Shown: positions 13,716-24,739 of the stretch, in pieces
Numbering within the stretch: position 1 is the stretch's first letter
Layout: every line of letters starts with the position of its first letter
From: Mobula hypostoma
Lineage: Eukaryota
Reading direction: 5' to 3'
Assembly (NCBI RefSeq): GCF_963921235.1
Contig: NC_086107.1
Location: 95,854,001-95,918,000 of the forward strand
DNA length: 64,000 nt
Translations under genes and position numbers: made by a program
The notes under the pieces: model-generated
Databases searched by the model: none
Told to the model about the DNA's origin: nothing
Seen by the model: the letters and a program-made list of their open reading frames with translations, nothing else

Positions 13716-14025
13716 AAAGGCATCCGTTAGTCTTGCGAGACCATGGATTTGCGCCTGGAAAGTCTTCACTCTCCAGGGCGCGGGCCTGGGCAAGGTTGTA
13801 TGGAAGACCAGCAGCTGCCCATGCTGCAAGTCTCCCCTCTCCATGCCACCGATGTTGTCCAAGGGAAGGGCATTAGAACCCATACAGCTTGGCACCAGTG
13901 TCGTCGCAGAGTAATGTGTGATTAAGTGCCTTGCTCAAGGACACAACACGTTCCCTCGGCTGGGGCTCGAACTCACAACCTTCAGGTCGCTAGTCCAATG
14001 CCTTAACCACTTGGCCACATGCCCA
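13716..14025 (-). mobile_element. tRNA-headed SINE, copy 1
   Basis: Minus strand GGGCATGTGGCCAAGTGGTTAAGGC (A box) ... GAGTTCGAGCC (B box); near-identical copy at 32968-33272. Confidence 0.8.
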
Positions 14026-14039
14026 ACACTATGTATATA

Positions 14040-14690
14040 CACTATATGTCACCATATTCTACCCTGAGATTCATTTTCTTGTGGACATTCAGATTAAGTA
14101 CAAAGAAACACAACAGAATCAATGAAAAACCATACACAGCAAGTATGAACAAACAACCCATGTGCAAAATAAAACAAATTGTGCAAACACAAAAAAGAGA
14201 CTAATAATAAATAAATATTGGGAACATGAGTTGTAGATTCCTTGAAAGTGAGTCAGTTGTAGACTCAGTTCAGTGTAGGGATGAGTGAAGTATCCACTCT
14301 CATTCAAGAGCCAGATAGTTGAAGGGTAATAACTGTTCCTGAACCTGGTGGTGTGGGACCTAAGGCTCCTGTACCACCTCCCTGATGGCAGCAACAAGAA
14401 GAAGAGTGTGGCCAGGATGGTGGAGGCTCCTTGATGATGAACACGACTTACCTGCAACAGCACTTCTTGTAGATGTGCTCAAAGGTGGGGAGAGCTTTAC
14501 TTGTGATGGATTGGGTTGTATCCACTACTTTTTGTAGGCTTTTCCTTTCACGGGTATTGGTGTTTCCATAGAAGGCTGTGATGCAACCAGTCAGAATACT
14601 CTGTTGAAGTTTGTCCGAGTTCTAGAAGACATGCCAAATCTTCACAAACTTCTAAGTAGAGGCACTACCATACCTTCTTTGTAACAACAC
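14040..14690 (-). mobile_element. Rex1/Babar-like LINE 3' fragment
   Basis: FLLLPSGRWYRSLRSHTTRFRNSYYP C-terminal motif. Confidence 0.7.
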
Positions 14691-14699
14691 TTAGATGAA

Positions 14700-16200
14700 C
14701 AAGGATGTTTCAGTGAGATCCCCTTCATTCTTTTAAACTCCAACAAGTACAGGCCCAGGGCCATCAAATCCTTCTCGTACATTAACCCTTTCATTCCTGG
14801 GATCATTCTTGTGAGCCTCCTGTGGGACCCTCTCCAATGCTAGCACATTCTTTCTTAGATAAGGGGCTCAAAATTGCTCACAATACTCCAGGTGTGGCCT
14901 AACTAATGCCTTATAAATTGTCAGCATTACATCCTTGCTTTTATAGTCCAGCCTCTCAAAATGAGTGCTAACACTGCATGAGGTCTCCCTTTGCACCTCT
15001 GATTTCTGAAGTTGCTCTCCATCTAGAAAATAGTTTAGGCCTTTATCCCTTCAACCAAAGTACATGGACATTCACTTCCCTATGTTGTATTCCATCTGCC
15101 ACTTCTTTGCCCATTCCCCTAATCTGTCTAAGTCCTTCTGCAGACTCCCTGCTTATTCCCTGCTAGATTTCCAATCCTCCAGCTTCCCACTAATTCCTGC
15201 TATATTAAATGCCTTCTCTTTTGCTTTTATGCTGTCTTTGACTTCCCTTGTCAATCAAGGTTGCCTCATCCTCCTTTTAGAATATTTCTTCTTCATTGCA
15301 ATCAATCCATCCTGCATCTTCCAAATTGCTCCCAGAAACTCGAACCATTGTTGTTTTCCCTTCATCTATGCTAATGTCCCCTTGCAATCTACTTTGACCG
15401 GCTACTCTCTCGTGCCTCTCTATTTCCCTTTACTCCACTGTAATACTGATACATCTGATTTTAGCTTCCCTCTCTCAAACTGCAAGGTGAATTCTATTAT
15501 GATCACTGTCTCCTAAGGGTTCCTTTACTTTTAGCTCCCTAATCAAATTTGGTTCATTATACAACACCCAATCCAGATTTGCCTTTTCAACCACAAACTG
15601 CTCCAAAAAGCTATCTCATAGGCATTCTGCAAATTCCTCTACATGGGATCCAGCATCAACCTGATTTTCCCAATTTATCTGCATATTTAAATTTCCCATG
15701 AATATCGTAACATTGCCCATTTTAAATACCTTTTCTATCCCCCATTGTAATTTGTACCCCACATCCTGGCTACTGTTTGGAGGCCTGTATTTAACTCCCA
15801 TCAGGGTATTTTCACCCTTGCTGTTTCTTAACTTGTACCCACAAAGATTCTACATCTTCCAATCCTATATCACCTCTAAAATTTGATTTTTTTTTTAAAC
15901 CATCAGGGCCATCCCAACCCTCTTACTACCTGCCTAGTTTTTCAATACAATGCGTATCTTTTGATGTTAAGGTCCCAACTTTGATCTTCTTTCAGCCTTG
16001 ACTCAGTGATGCCCACAAAGTCAGACCTGCCGATCTCTAACTGTACTACAAGGTTATCTACATTATTCAGTATACTGCGTGCATTCAACTATAACATCTC
16101 TAGTCGTGCATTCATCACCCTTTCTCACTTTGTCTCCATGTTACTGGAAGTTAAATTCTTAGCTCTTTCTAAACTTTTTTATGATTTTATTTATTTCAGA
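14700..16200 (-). mobile_element. Decayed CR1 fragments
   Basis: YRPPNSSQDVG and MGNLNMQINW endonuclease remnants; CR1 3' region. Confidence 0.7.
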
Positions 16201-16404
16201 GACTTTCCAAATTCAAAGTTCAAAGTAAATTTATTATTTAAGTACATACATCAGCATACTGTGTCCAACCTCGAGATTCTCTTCTTGCGGGCATTCACAG
16301 TAAATACAAGAAACACAATAGAATCAATGGAGGACTGTCCTCAATAGGATGGACAATAACCAATGCGCATAAGGCAACAAATTCTGCAAATACAAAAGAA
16401 GAAA

Positions 16405-17385
16405 AATATAATGTTAACCATTTTTACTGATGGATCAAAAGATAATTTAACTGGGAATGTTGGTGTGGCTGTTTTTGTGCCTGAGTTACAGGTAACTATA
16501 AAGGAACGCCTTACTAACCATTTATCAAAATATACAGCAAAACTGGTTGCCATCATTTTGGCCTTACAGTCGGTGGAGGAAATTTGTCCTTGCAATGTTG
16601 TAATTTGTCAGATTCTTTTTCAGTTTTGACTAGTATTAAAACAGGTCATTCTAGCAGCAGGTCAGATTTACTGCTGGAAGCTCTTCAAACTTTATTTCAT
16701 TTTCAAAGTATTGGTTTACATGCCTGCTTCTTATGGGTTCCTGCACATAGAGGTATTGAGGGGAATGAGTGGGTTGATTGACTGGCCAAAAAAGCTGTCA
16801 GCTGTGGATATAGACATTCCACTCAGCAATTCAGAAGCTAAGTGGTTGGTGGGGCTAAGAATTAAGGGATTATGGCAAAACCTGTGGGATATTGAGCATA
16901 AGGGGAGACATCTTTACAGAATCCATAAAACTGTTGGATTGATAGGAGAAAGGGGTAAAACAAGAAGGGAAGGAATGTATTGACTCAACTTAGAATTGGG
17001 CATCCTATGCTTAATTATTCCTTGTATCTTGTTGGGAAACATCACTCTAGGATGTGTAGGTTTTTCCATCATTATGAAACAGTTGAACAGGTTCTTTTAC
17101 AATGTGAAGCATATAAGGTTGAAAGAAATCAAATGCAGGATTCACTACTATCCTTGGAGGTTGATAGTTTTCATTTAAAGACCTTACTAAGTTACGGAAG
17201 TGACTTTAATTTAATTCACAATATCGTCTTTCATTATTTACAATCTATAGGACTTTCTGGAATAATTTAGTTTTCATTTGATAAAGAACTAGTAGGGGTT
17301 TTATTTCCCAACTCTCTACACCACACACCAGTCCAGTTGGTGGCAGTAATGCACCTTTAAATTGGACTGCCAACCACCATTAAAA
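16405..17385 (+). mobile_element. 3' portion of an RNase H-bearing non-LTR retrotransposon (Nimb/I-group)
   Basis: IFTDGSK...VGVAV, FLWVPAHRGIEGNEWVD.LAK, TQLRIGH, decayed C-terminal zinc knuckle; 3' UTR GTTGGTGGCAGTAATGCACC...ACTGCCAACC. Confidence 0.8.
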
Positions 17386-17389
17386 GTCA

Positions 17390-18206
17390 GAGGAATAAGA
17401 AGGTCGAACTGCTGGTGAGTCAGTATCCTGGCAAAAACTACGCCATGAAGACAAAAGAACACTCCAAGCAATTCCATGAAAAGTTTATTGAAAAGCACAA
17501 GTCAGGAGATGGATGCAAGAAAATTTCCGAGTCACTGAATATCCCTTGGGGTACAGTGAAGTCAATCATCAAGAAATGGAAAGAATATGGCACAGTGTGA
17601 ATCTGCCTACAGTAGGCCGTCCTCAAAAACTGAGTGACCGTGCAAGAAGGGGACCAGTGAGGGAGGACACAAAGAGACCTGTGGCAACTGTGGTGGAGTT
17701 ACAAGCTTCAGTGGCTGAGATGGGAGAGACTGTGCAGACAACAACTGCTGGGTGCTTCACCAGTTACAGCTTTATGGGAGAGTGGCCAAGAGAAAGCAAC
17801 TGTTTTTTTAAAAAATACAACTCACATGAGATCTCGGCTAGAGTTTGCCAGAAGGCACGTGGGAGTCTCTGAAGTCAGCCGGAAGAAGGGTCTATTGTCT
17901 GATGAGACCAAAATTGAGCTTTTTGGCCATCAGACTAAATGCTATTTTTGGTGTAGTCAAACACTGCACATCGTCAAAACACACCATCCCTACCGTGAAG
18001 CCTGGTGGTGGCTGCATCATGCTGTGGGGATGCTTCACTGCAGCAGGCCCTGGAAGGCTTGTGAAGGTAGAGGGCAAAATGAATGTGGAAAATACAGGGA
18101 GATCCTGGAGGGAAACCATATGCAGTCTGCTAGAGAACTGCAACTTGGGAGATTTGTTTTCCAGCAAGACAATGACCCCAGACATAAAGCCAAAGCTATA
18201 CAGGAG
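17390..18206 (+). mobile_element. Tc1 transposase fragment (frameshifted); right end of the element at ~20050-20237
   Basis: HKSGDGCKKISESLNIPWGTVKSIIKKWKEYG helix-turn-helix, SDETKIELFG, TVK.GGG.IMLWGCF, FQQDNDPRH. Confidence 0.9.
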
Positions 18207-18694
18207 ATAACGGGGCTTTGGAATGTAAGTTATCCGATGGGAGAAATGTTGTCTTTTCTTGTGTGTCTGGGAGCCAGGTTTTTCGCGGTTTTTCGTCGGG
18301 GAGCGATGCAGGAAGAGGACGCAAATGGAGAGAGTCGGAAGACCACCGGATGGAGTGGACTGAGGAGCGAGGGTCCGAGAGCTGGCTACGCTTCGAGGTC
18401 GATAGGAACAAATGAACAAACAGTGAACTCCAACGATGCCCAATAGACTGTTAGACGAGAATGGGCCCTTTTCTTTTTTTTTGTTTCTTTGCTAACCACA
18501 TAGTCAAATTAAGAATTGAATTATAAAGATCAATTGTTTAATCGCATATTGTGTACAGTTTGATTTTTTGCGGTGTGGATTTGTAACTGGGCAACACATC
18601 ATGCAGCATCCACACAACCGAGATTTCTCAGTTTGGCGGGCCAGAAGTTGTTTTCCCCTGGTTGAACACGTGCTGGCCGAGGCTGAGGGTTACA
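18207..18694 (+). mobile_element. Probable LTR fragment interrupting Tc1
   Basis: Non-coding, CpG-containing block ending in GGGTTACA; no clear TSD. Confidence 0.4.
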
Positions 18695-18699
18695 CTTAC

Positions 18700-20025
18700 A
18701 TCCTTCATATACGTGAAGAGTAAAAATCTTTATGTTATGTCTCCGTTCAAATGTGCAATTATAGTAATTTATAATAAATATTATATACAACAGGATAGTT
18801 AATATAACATAGAAATACAGTTGTGTCAGCATGAATTAATCAGTCTGATGGCCTGGTGGAAGAAGCTGTCCCGGAGCCTGTTGGTCCTGGCTTTTAAGCT
18901 GCGGTACTGTTTCCCTGATGGTAGCAGCTGGAACAGTTTGTGGTTGGGGTGACTCGGGTCCCCAATGATCCTTCGGGCCCTTTTTACACACCCGTCTTTG
19001 TAAATATCCTGAATAGTGGGGAGTTCACATCTACAGATGTGCTGGGCTGTCCGCACCACTCTCTGCAGAGTCCTGCGATTGAGGGAAGTACAGTTCCCAT
19101 ACCAGGCAGTGATGAGCAATCGTGCCCCTATAGAAAGTTCTTAGAATTTGGGGGGCCATACTAAACTTCTTCAACTGTCTGAGGTGAAAGAAGCACTGTT
19201 GTGCCTTTTTCACCACACAGCCAGTATGTACAGACCACGTGAGATCCTCGGTGATGTTTATGCTGAGGAACTTAAGGCTGTTCACCCTCTCAACCCCAGA
19301 TCCATTGATGTCTATAAGGGTTAGCCTGTCTCCGTTCCTCCTGTAGTCCACAACTAGCTCCTTTGTTTTTGCGATGTTGAGGGAGGCTGTTTTCTTGACA
19401 CTACTCTGTCAGGGTGATGACTTCCTCACTGTAGGCTGCCTCATTACTACTTGAGATTAGGCCAATCAGTGTAGTGTCGTCAGCAAATTTAATTAGCAGA
19501 TTGGAGCTGTGGGTGACAACACAGTCAGAAAGTAAAGCAGAGGGCTTAGTACACAGTCCTGAGGGGCACCTGTGTTGAGGGTCAGAGGAGCAGAGTTGAG
19601 GGAGCCCACTCTTACCACCTGCCGGCGATCTGACAGGAAGTCCAGGATCCAGCTACACAAGGCAGGGTGAAGGCCGAGGTCTCTGAGCTTCTTCCCCTGG
19701 AGGGAATTATGGTGTTAAATGCTGAACAGCAGTCCAAGAACAGCATTCTCACATAAGCATCCCTCTTCTCCAGATGTGTAAGGGTGGTGTATAGAACTGT
19801 GGCTATTGCGTCATCTGTCGATCGGTTGGGTCGGTAGGCGAATTGTAAGGGGTCCAGTGTGGGTGGCAGCAAGCTGCAGACGTAGTCCTTGACCAGCCTC
19901 TCAAAGCATTTGCTTATTATTGAGGTGAGTGTGACAGGACGCCAGTCGTTCAGACATGTTACTCTGGTCTTTTTAAGTTCAGGGATAATGGTGGATGTTT
20001 TGAAGCGGGGGTGCACTCTACATTG
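18700..20025 (-). mobile_element. Rex1/Babar-like LINE RT and 3' end
   Basis: [55 protein letters not shown]. Confidence 0.9.
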
Positions 20026-20049
20026 GAAGAGGGAGAGATTAAAAATTAT

Positions 20050-20237
20050 GCAATCAATTATTTTGTGTTTAATGATTGTAATCAATTTAGACAAATTTGT
20101 TTTCACTTTGACACGTAAGAGTCTTTTCTGTTGCTCAGTGTCAGAAAAGCCAAATTAAATCCACTGTGATTCAACATTGTAAAACAATAAAACATGAAAA
20201 CTTCCAAGGGAGAATGAATACTTTTTATGGGCATTCT
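20050..20237 (+). mobile_element. Tc1 3' terminal region
   Basis: Ends TGAATACTTTTTATGGGCA-TCTG, resembling Tc1 TIRs. Confidence 0.55.
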
Positions 20238-20352
20238 GCATACCCATCCAACTGTCTTTAAATTATTATAATTGTAGCCACCTCTACCACTCACATATAC
20301 TGAGTATGCTCTGTTCTACCACAGCCATAACTGTCTCTCTCTCCTCCTACAG

Positions 20353-20412
20353 GGACACAGCAAATTCAGTGAAGGAGAATTTTGGAAAGAAGTTGTACGA
20401 ATCGCTGCTGGT
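20353..20412 (+). CDS. GYS1: Glycogen synthase (muscle/GYS1-type), coding exon equivalent to human exon 9
   Basis: ctcctcctacAG acceptor and GTaagt donor; 60 nt; encodes (W)DTANSVKENFGKKLYESLL(V), matching GYS1 WDTANTVKEKFGRKLYESLLV; phase joins the next exon (GT|A = Val). Confidence 0.93.
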
Positions 20413-20669
20413 GTAAGTACTGGCTGTTTTGGAGGGTCACTTTAGAGGTGGGGTGTTTGTGATCAGGGCACGGAGGAGCAAAAGTGACTCAACCCGGGAA
20501 GATTTGCCAGCCAGTTTTTCCTTGTCAATTCAAGTACTCATCCAAATATAAGTATTTCATGTATGTGTGTTGATCTGTCTCCACCAGCGAGTTTCAATCT
20601 GCATTCACCTCTTGGTAATTCTCCAACTTACTCTAACTTCCCTTCTTTTCACTGTAAGCTAATGCCCTG

Positions 20670-21130
20670 TACATAGAAACATAGAAAACCTACAGCACAA
20701 TACAGGCCCTTCGACCCACAAAGCTGTGCCGAACATGTCCTTACCTTAGAAATTACCTAGGGTTACCCATAGCCCTCTATTTTTCTGAGCTCCATGTACC
20801 TGTCCAGGAGTCTCTTAAAAGACCCTATCATTTCCGTCTCCACCACTGTTGCCGGCAGCCCATTCTACGCACTCACCACTCTCTGCGTAAATAAATAAAT
20901 AAAAATTTAAAAAATAATAATGACCCCTGACATCTCCTCTGTAGCTACTTCCAAGCACCTTAAAACTGTGCCTTCTCGTGCTAGCCATTTCAGCCCTGGG
21001 AAAAAGCCTCTGACTATCCACACGATCAATGCCTCTCATCATCTTATACACCTCTATCAGGTCACCTCTCATCTTCCGTCGCTCCAAGGAAAAAAGGCCG
21101 AGTTCACTCAACCTGTTTTCATAAGGCACA
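20670..21130 (-). mobile_element. CR1 3' end
   Basis: YENRLSELGLFSLERRKMRGDLIEVYK; ACATAGAA tandem tail. Confidence 0.85.
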
Positions 21131-21787
21131 TATGGGGAAGATTTCTCACTATCCATCCTATCTGTGCCCCGCATAATATTGACTACCTCTATGACAAACC
21201 ACCATTCCGCCCTCCCTCCTCCTCCACTCCAAGGAGAAACCTGGCCCATCCAGTCTCCCTTATTACTGAATGTTCCATCACAGACAACATTCTGGCAAAA
21301 CTCTGTGGCAGCCTTTCCTGTACAATCACGTCCTTCCTCTGGAATGAGGATCAGCCCGAGCTGGACTTGCTGCAGATCGTGCTGCTGCCTGCGTCAGAGG
21401 ATTTGGTCTCCAAAGGCAGTGTGCAGTCTTAGTTGTTCTTCTTGTGATAGCAAGAGCCTGTTGGACATTGTTAGTGTGAAATGCTGCAAGTCCGATTCAC
21501 TGATTTATTGACCTCAGTCGTAGCGCGGTCTAGGCCTCAAACTGCGGTGTTGCCTGTTTACAGCTTCCTGGGGGAGAAGGGTTGGAGTTGTTGTTCTCCA
21601 CTGCAGTGCCGGGGCAGTGTGGCGCGACATCGAAGCTGGAGTCAATGCTGCCCCCCAGTGTTCACTCAGCAGAAGACGAGGCGTATTGTGTTCGACTGCA
21701 AACCACTGAAACATTCATGGTCTTGGACTATGTTTTTTTTCTGTGACTGTATTTTACTGATATCTCATATGTTCTTGCTACCCTGTA

Positions 21788-21880
21788 CAGTACTGTGCAA
21801 AAGTCTTAGACACATATATATACAGCCGAAGACACATATATATATATCGCTAGTATGCCTGAGACCTTTGCACAGTACTG
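21788..21880. mobile_element. Short inverted-repeat MITE-like element (Tc1/mariner-type)
   Basis: CAGTACTGTGCAAA ... TTTGCACAGTACTG terminal inverted repeats around (TA)n. Confidence 0.6.
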
Positions 21881-23555
21881 CATTTGTTAATGTGGAACAG
21901 AGAGCAAGTTGGAGCAAAGGATGTTGGGAATGGTGAGGGTGGAGTGGCTTGGGAGGGGTGTGGGACAGATGGCAGAGAAGGAGTGCCGGGGAGTGATTGG
22001 TGATGTGAGTGCAGACTCCAGGCAAGGTCAATTGATTCCAAACAATTGGTTTATTGATCAATACAGAATGTCTCTCTGGTGCTTCCCTCTCCCAGCAGAC
22101 TTGACGGGCTGAATGGTCTATTCTCCTCCTGTGTCTTATGGTCTTATAGGTCTGGAATGAACTAATATCATGAATCATACAGAGATGATTATTCTCTGCA
22201 CATGGTCGTAGGTAACCTGCGTTATCCAGCTTTCAGTTATACATCACAGATGAGTAATCTCTTGATGAATGCACAGCAACATAGCTATCACCTGACATAC
22301 ATGGAATGACCCTTGCCCCGGTCCGTATCCAATGAAAACAAAGCAGGTGGAGTTAAGTTAAGCTTCAATTTTGCGATGGCTTTGGGTTTAGATCAAAACA
22401 TTCTCAAAGGCTTTTCATCCTCTGAAGAGAAGTTAGTTTTTATAAAACTTATATGTCAAAGGATCTGCCAATAATTAAAAGTTCTTGTATCTTATTACTA
22501 ATATTTCTATTTCTCTTGGCAAAAACCTGCTGTAAAGTTCTCAACTGTGGCTTAAACAGTTGGTAAAATAAAGGGAGATCATCTATTTTACTCAAGTTTT
22601 TCATGCACTGGAATTACAGCCAATATTTTCAAGACAATAGTTAGTTAATATTAATTTTATTGATTGAATTCCACACACATTGGTTGCTGCAGCAAGTCTA
22701 AGATGACCATTCCAAGCGTGCTTTAGGTAAGTTGAAGAACAGGCTTTGGGAAGCATGGGTGGGTGGGTGCTCAAACTCGGCAGGTCAGGCAGTGTGTATG
22801 GGGGTAGAAGGGTGGTGGACACTTCGTGACTGCATCAGAACTGCATGGTGGTAATCTTCACAATCAAGAATCTGGTCCAGTGTTCACCAAGTGGTGTGAG
22901 GTCCACATGTGGTCAGCCCGCCAAACTCAGTGGGCTGTTGCACTGGATCACTGAAGAAAGTCTTTGTGGCCTCATCTACTGGTTATGTTGGGACCAAGCA
23001 AATCAGCAGTGCAAGGTAGTTCATTTGTCACTTCCTATGACCATTCAGTCCATCATATCTATGCCAGCTTTGAGAGCAATCTCTCCTAACCTGTTACATG
23101 TGCATATAAACTCCGTTTTGTGGACACCAGCGGATTTCTCCGCCTACGTTTAGAATATGGGAGGAAATCAATGCACCAGGGAGAAACCCATGTAGTCCAG
23201 GGGAGAGTGCAGACTCCACAGAGGTCTGACTCCACACCTGAGGTCGGAATCCATCCCAGGTCTCTGGAGCTGTGAGACAGGTGCTCTACCTGCTGTGGCA
23301 TGGGGCCAACCCAAGTAGTGGAACGTCCTGCAAATGTACTGCTATTGCATAACAACAAATTTCATGACATATGCCAGTGATATTGCGCAGAGTTGTCAAA
23401 TACGAATTTTCCTGAATCAAAGGATATTGATTTTGTGTAGTTAACACTGTCTGTATGGTGGGGATGGAGTAAATTGGAATGTAATGCTTTAACCGAAGAG
23501 CAGCTTTGGAACTGACTGGTTTTCTTAAACCAAATTCATTTCTGTTCGAGTGCAG

Positions 23556-23634
23556 AGGGGAGTTACCAAATATGAGCAGGCTGATTGACCGGGAAGATAT
23601 CACCATGATGAAACGAGCATTGTTTTCTACCCAG
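23556..23634 (+). CDS. GYS1: Glycogen synthase exon (human exon 10 equivalent)
   Basis: tgcAG / GTgaga; 79 nt; GELPNMSRLIDREDITMMKRALFSTQ vs GYS1 GSLPDMNKMLDKEDFTMMKRAIFATQ. Confidence 0.95.
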
Positions 23635-24468
23635 GTGAGAGTGCTCCACTCAAAGGTAAGGGGAGGGAGTGAACTGGGGAGCTTCAATAGGTGGATGAAA
23701 CTTGCCTTGAGATATACTGTACCTGCTATGGATGGAGAATAAACTAGAGCGATTCCTGTGACATGTCAAATTGTTGGGTGAACAATTAGTGTTTGTTGTA
23801 CTGCAGATCGTGCTCTTTATTGGGCATGCTTGGTGGGTGGAGGGGGCTGATGCTTTTTTGCAGAAGTGGGTGGGGGGGTGAGAGATGGTCATTGCTTTGC
23901 TGCTGCTTGTGCATGGGAGGTGGGAGTTGGGGGGGGCTTTGGGGTTTTAACATTTCAACTGCCACTCATTCTTTGGGGCACTCTTCTGTTTTCGTGGATG
24001 CCGGCGAAGAACAGGAATTTCAGGATGTATATTGCGTACATTTATCTGACATTGAATGGAACTATTAAATCCCAACATCAGACTCTACTCTGAGTCCTGG
24101 CCCAAAGGATTTATCGGGTGGGCAGCAGGAAAGAGTCAAGGACATTCCCCAAAACCTCCTTCGAAAAGGTGATCTTCCTACCAAATTTTGGGAATCCCTG
24201 GCTCTCAACTGCACAAAACAGAGGAGTATTCAGGATGGCCCTGAGCACCAAGTCCATGTGTTAAGGGCATACAGACGCTCTGGGGAATAGAGTGAAAGAG
24301 GTACATCTCTGGCCCAGCAGAGACAGAACAAGTCCTCCTCAATCCAGGGGGACTGTGCTACTGCTCAGGGAGCAGCATGGCCGCCTCTCGGAGAGTTATT
24401 GTTTTATATTTTGCTTCTGCCAGATCTGAAGGTGTCAGCTGTAAATCTAATCTTGTTGTACTCTCCAG

Positions 24469-24582
24469 CGACACTCGCTGCCTCCCATCTGCACTCACAA
24501 CATGTTGGATGATGCCACTGACCCGATCCTGAACACCATTCGACGCATTGGTTTGTTTAACCACCCCAATGACCGGGTAAAG
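24469..24582 (+). CDS. GYS1: Glycogen synthase exon (human exon 11 equivalent)
   Basis: ctctccAG / GTgaga; 114 nt; [38 protein letters not shown]. Confidence 0.97.
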
Positions 24583-24739
24583 GTGAGAACCCTGGCTGGT
24601 GCTGACGGACTCGACATGAGCTTGGCATTCACAGCATAGAATGTCCGAGTGAATATTCTCTGGTTTTCTGTAAGGGAAGCAAAATGGCAGTGGAGAGTGG
24701 AAGGTGGAAGAGACACGCGCTTCCTGATTCATAAAGACG

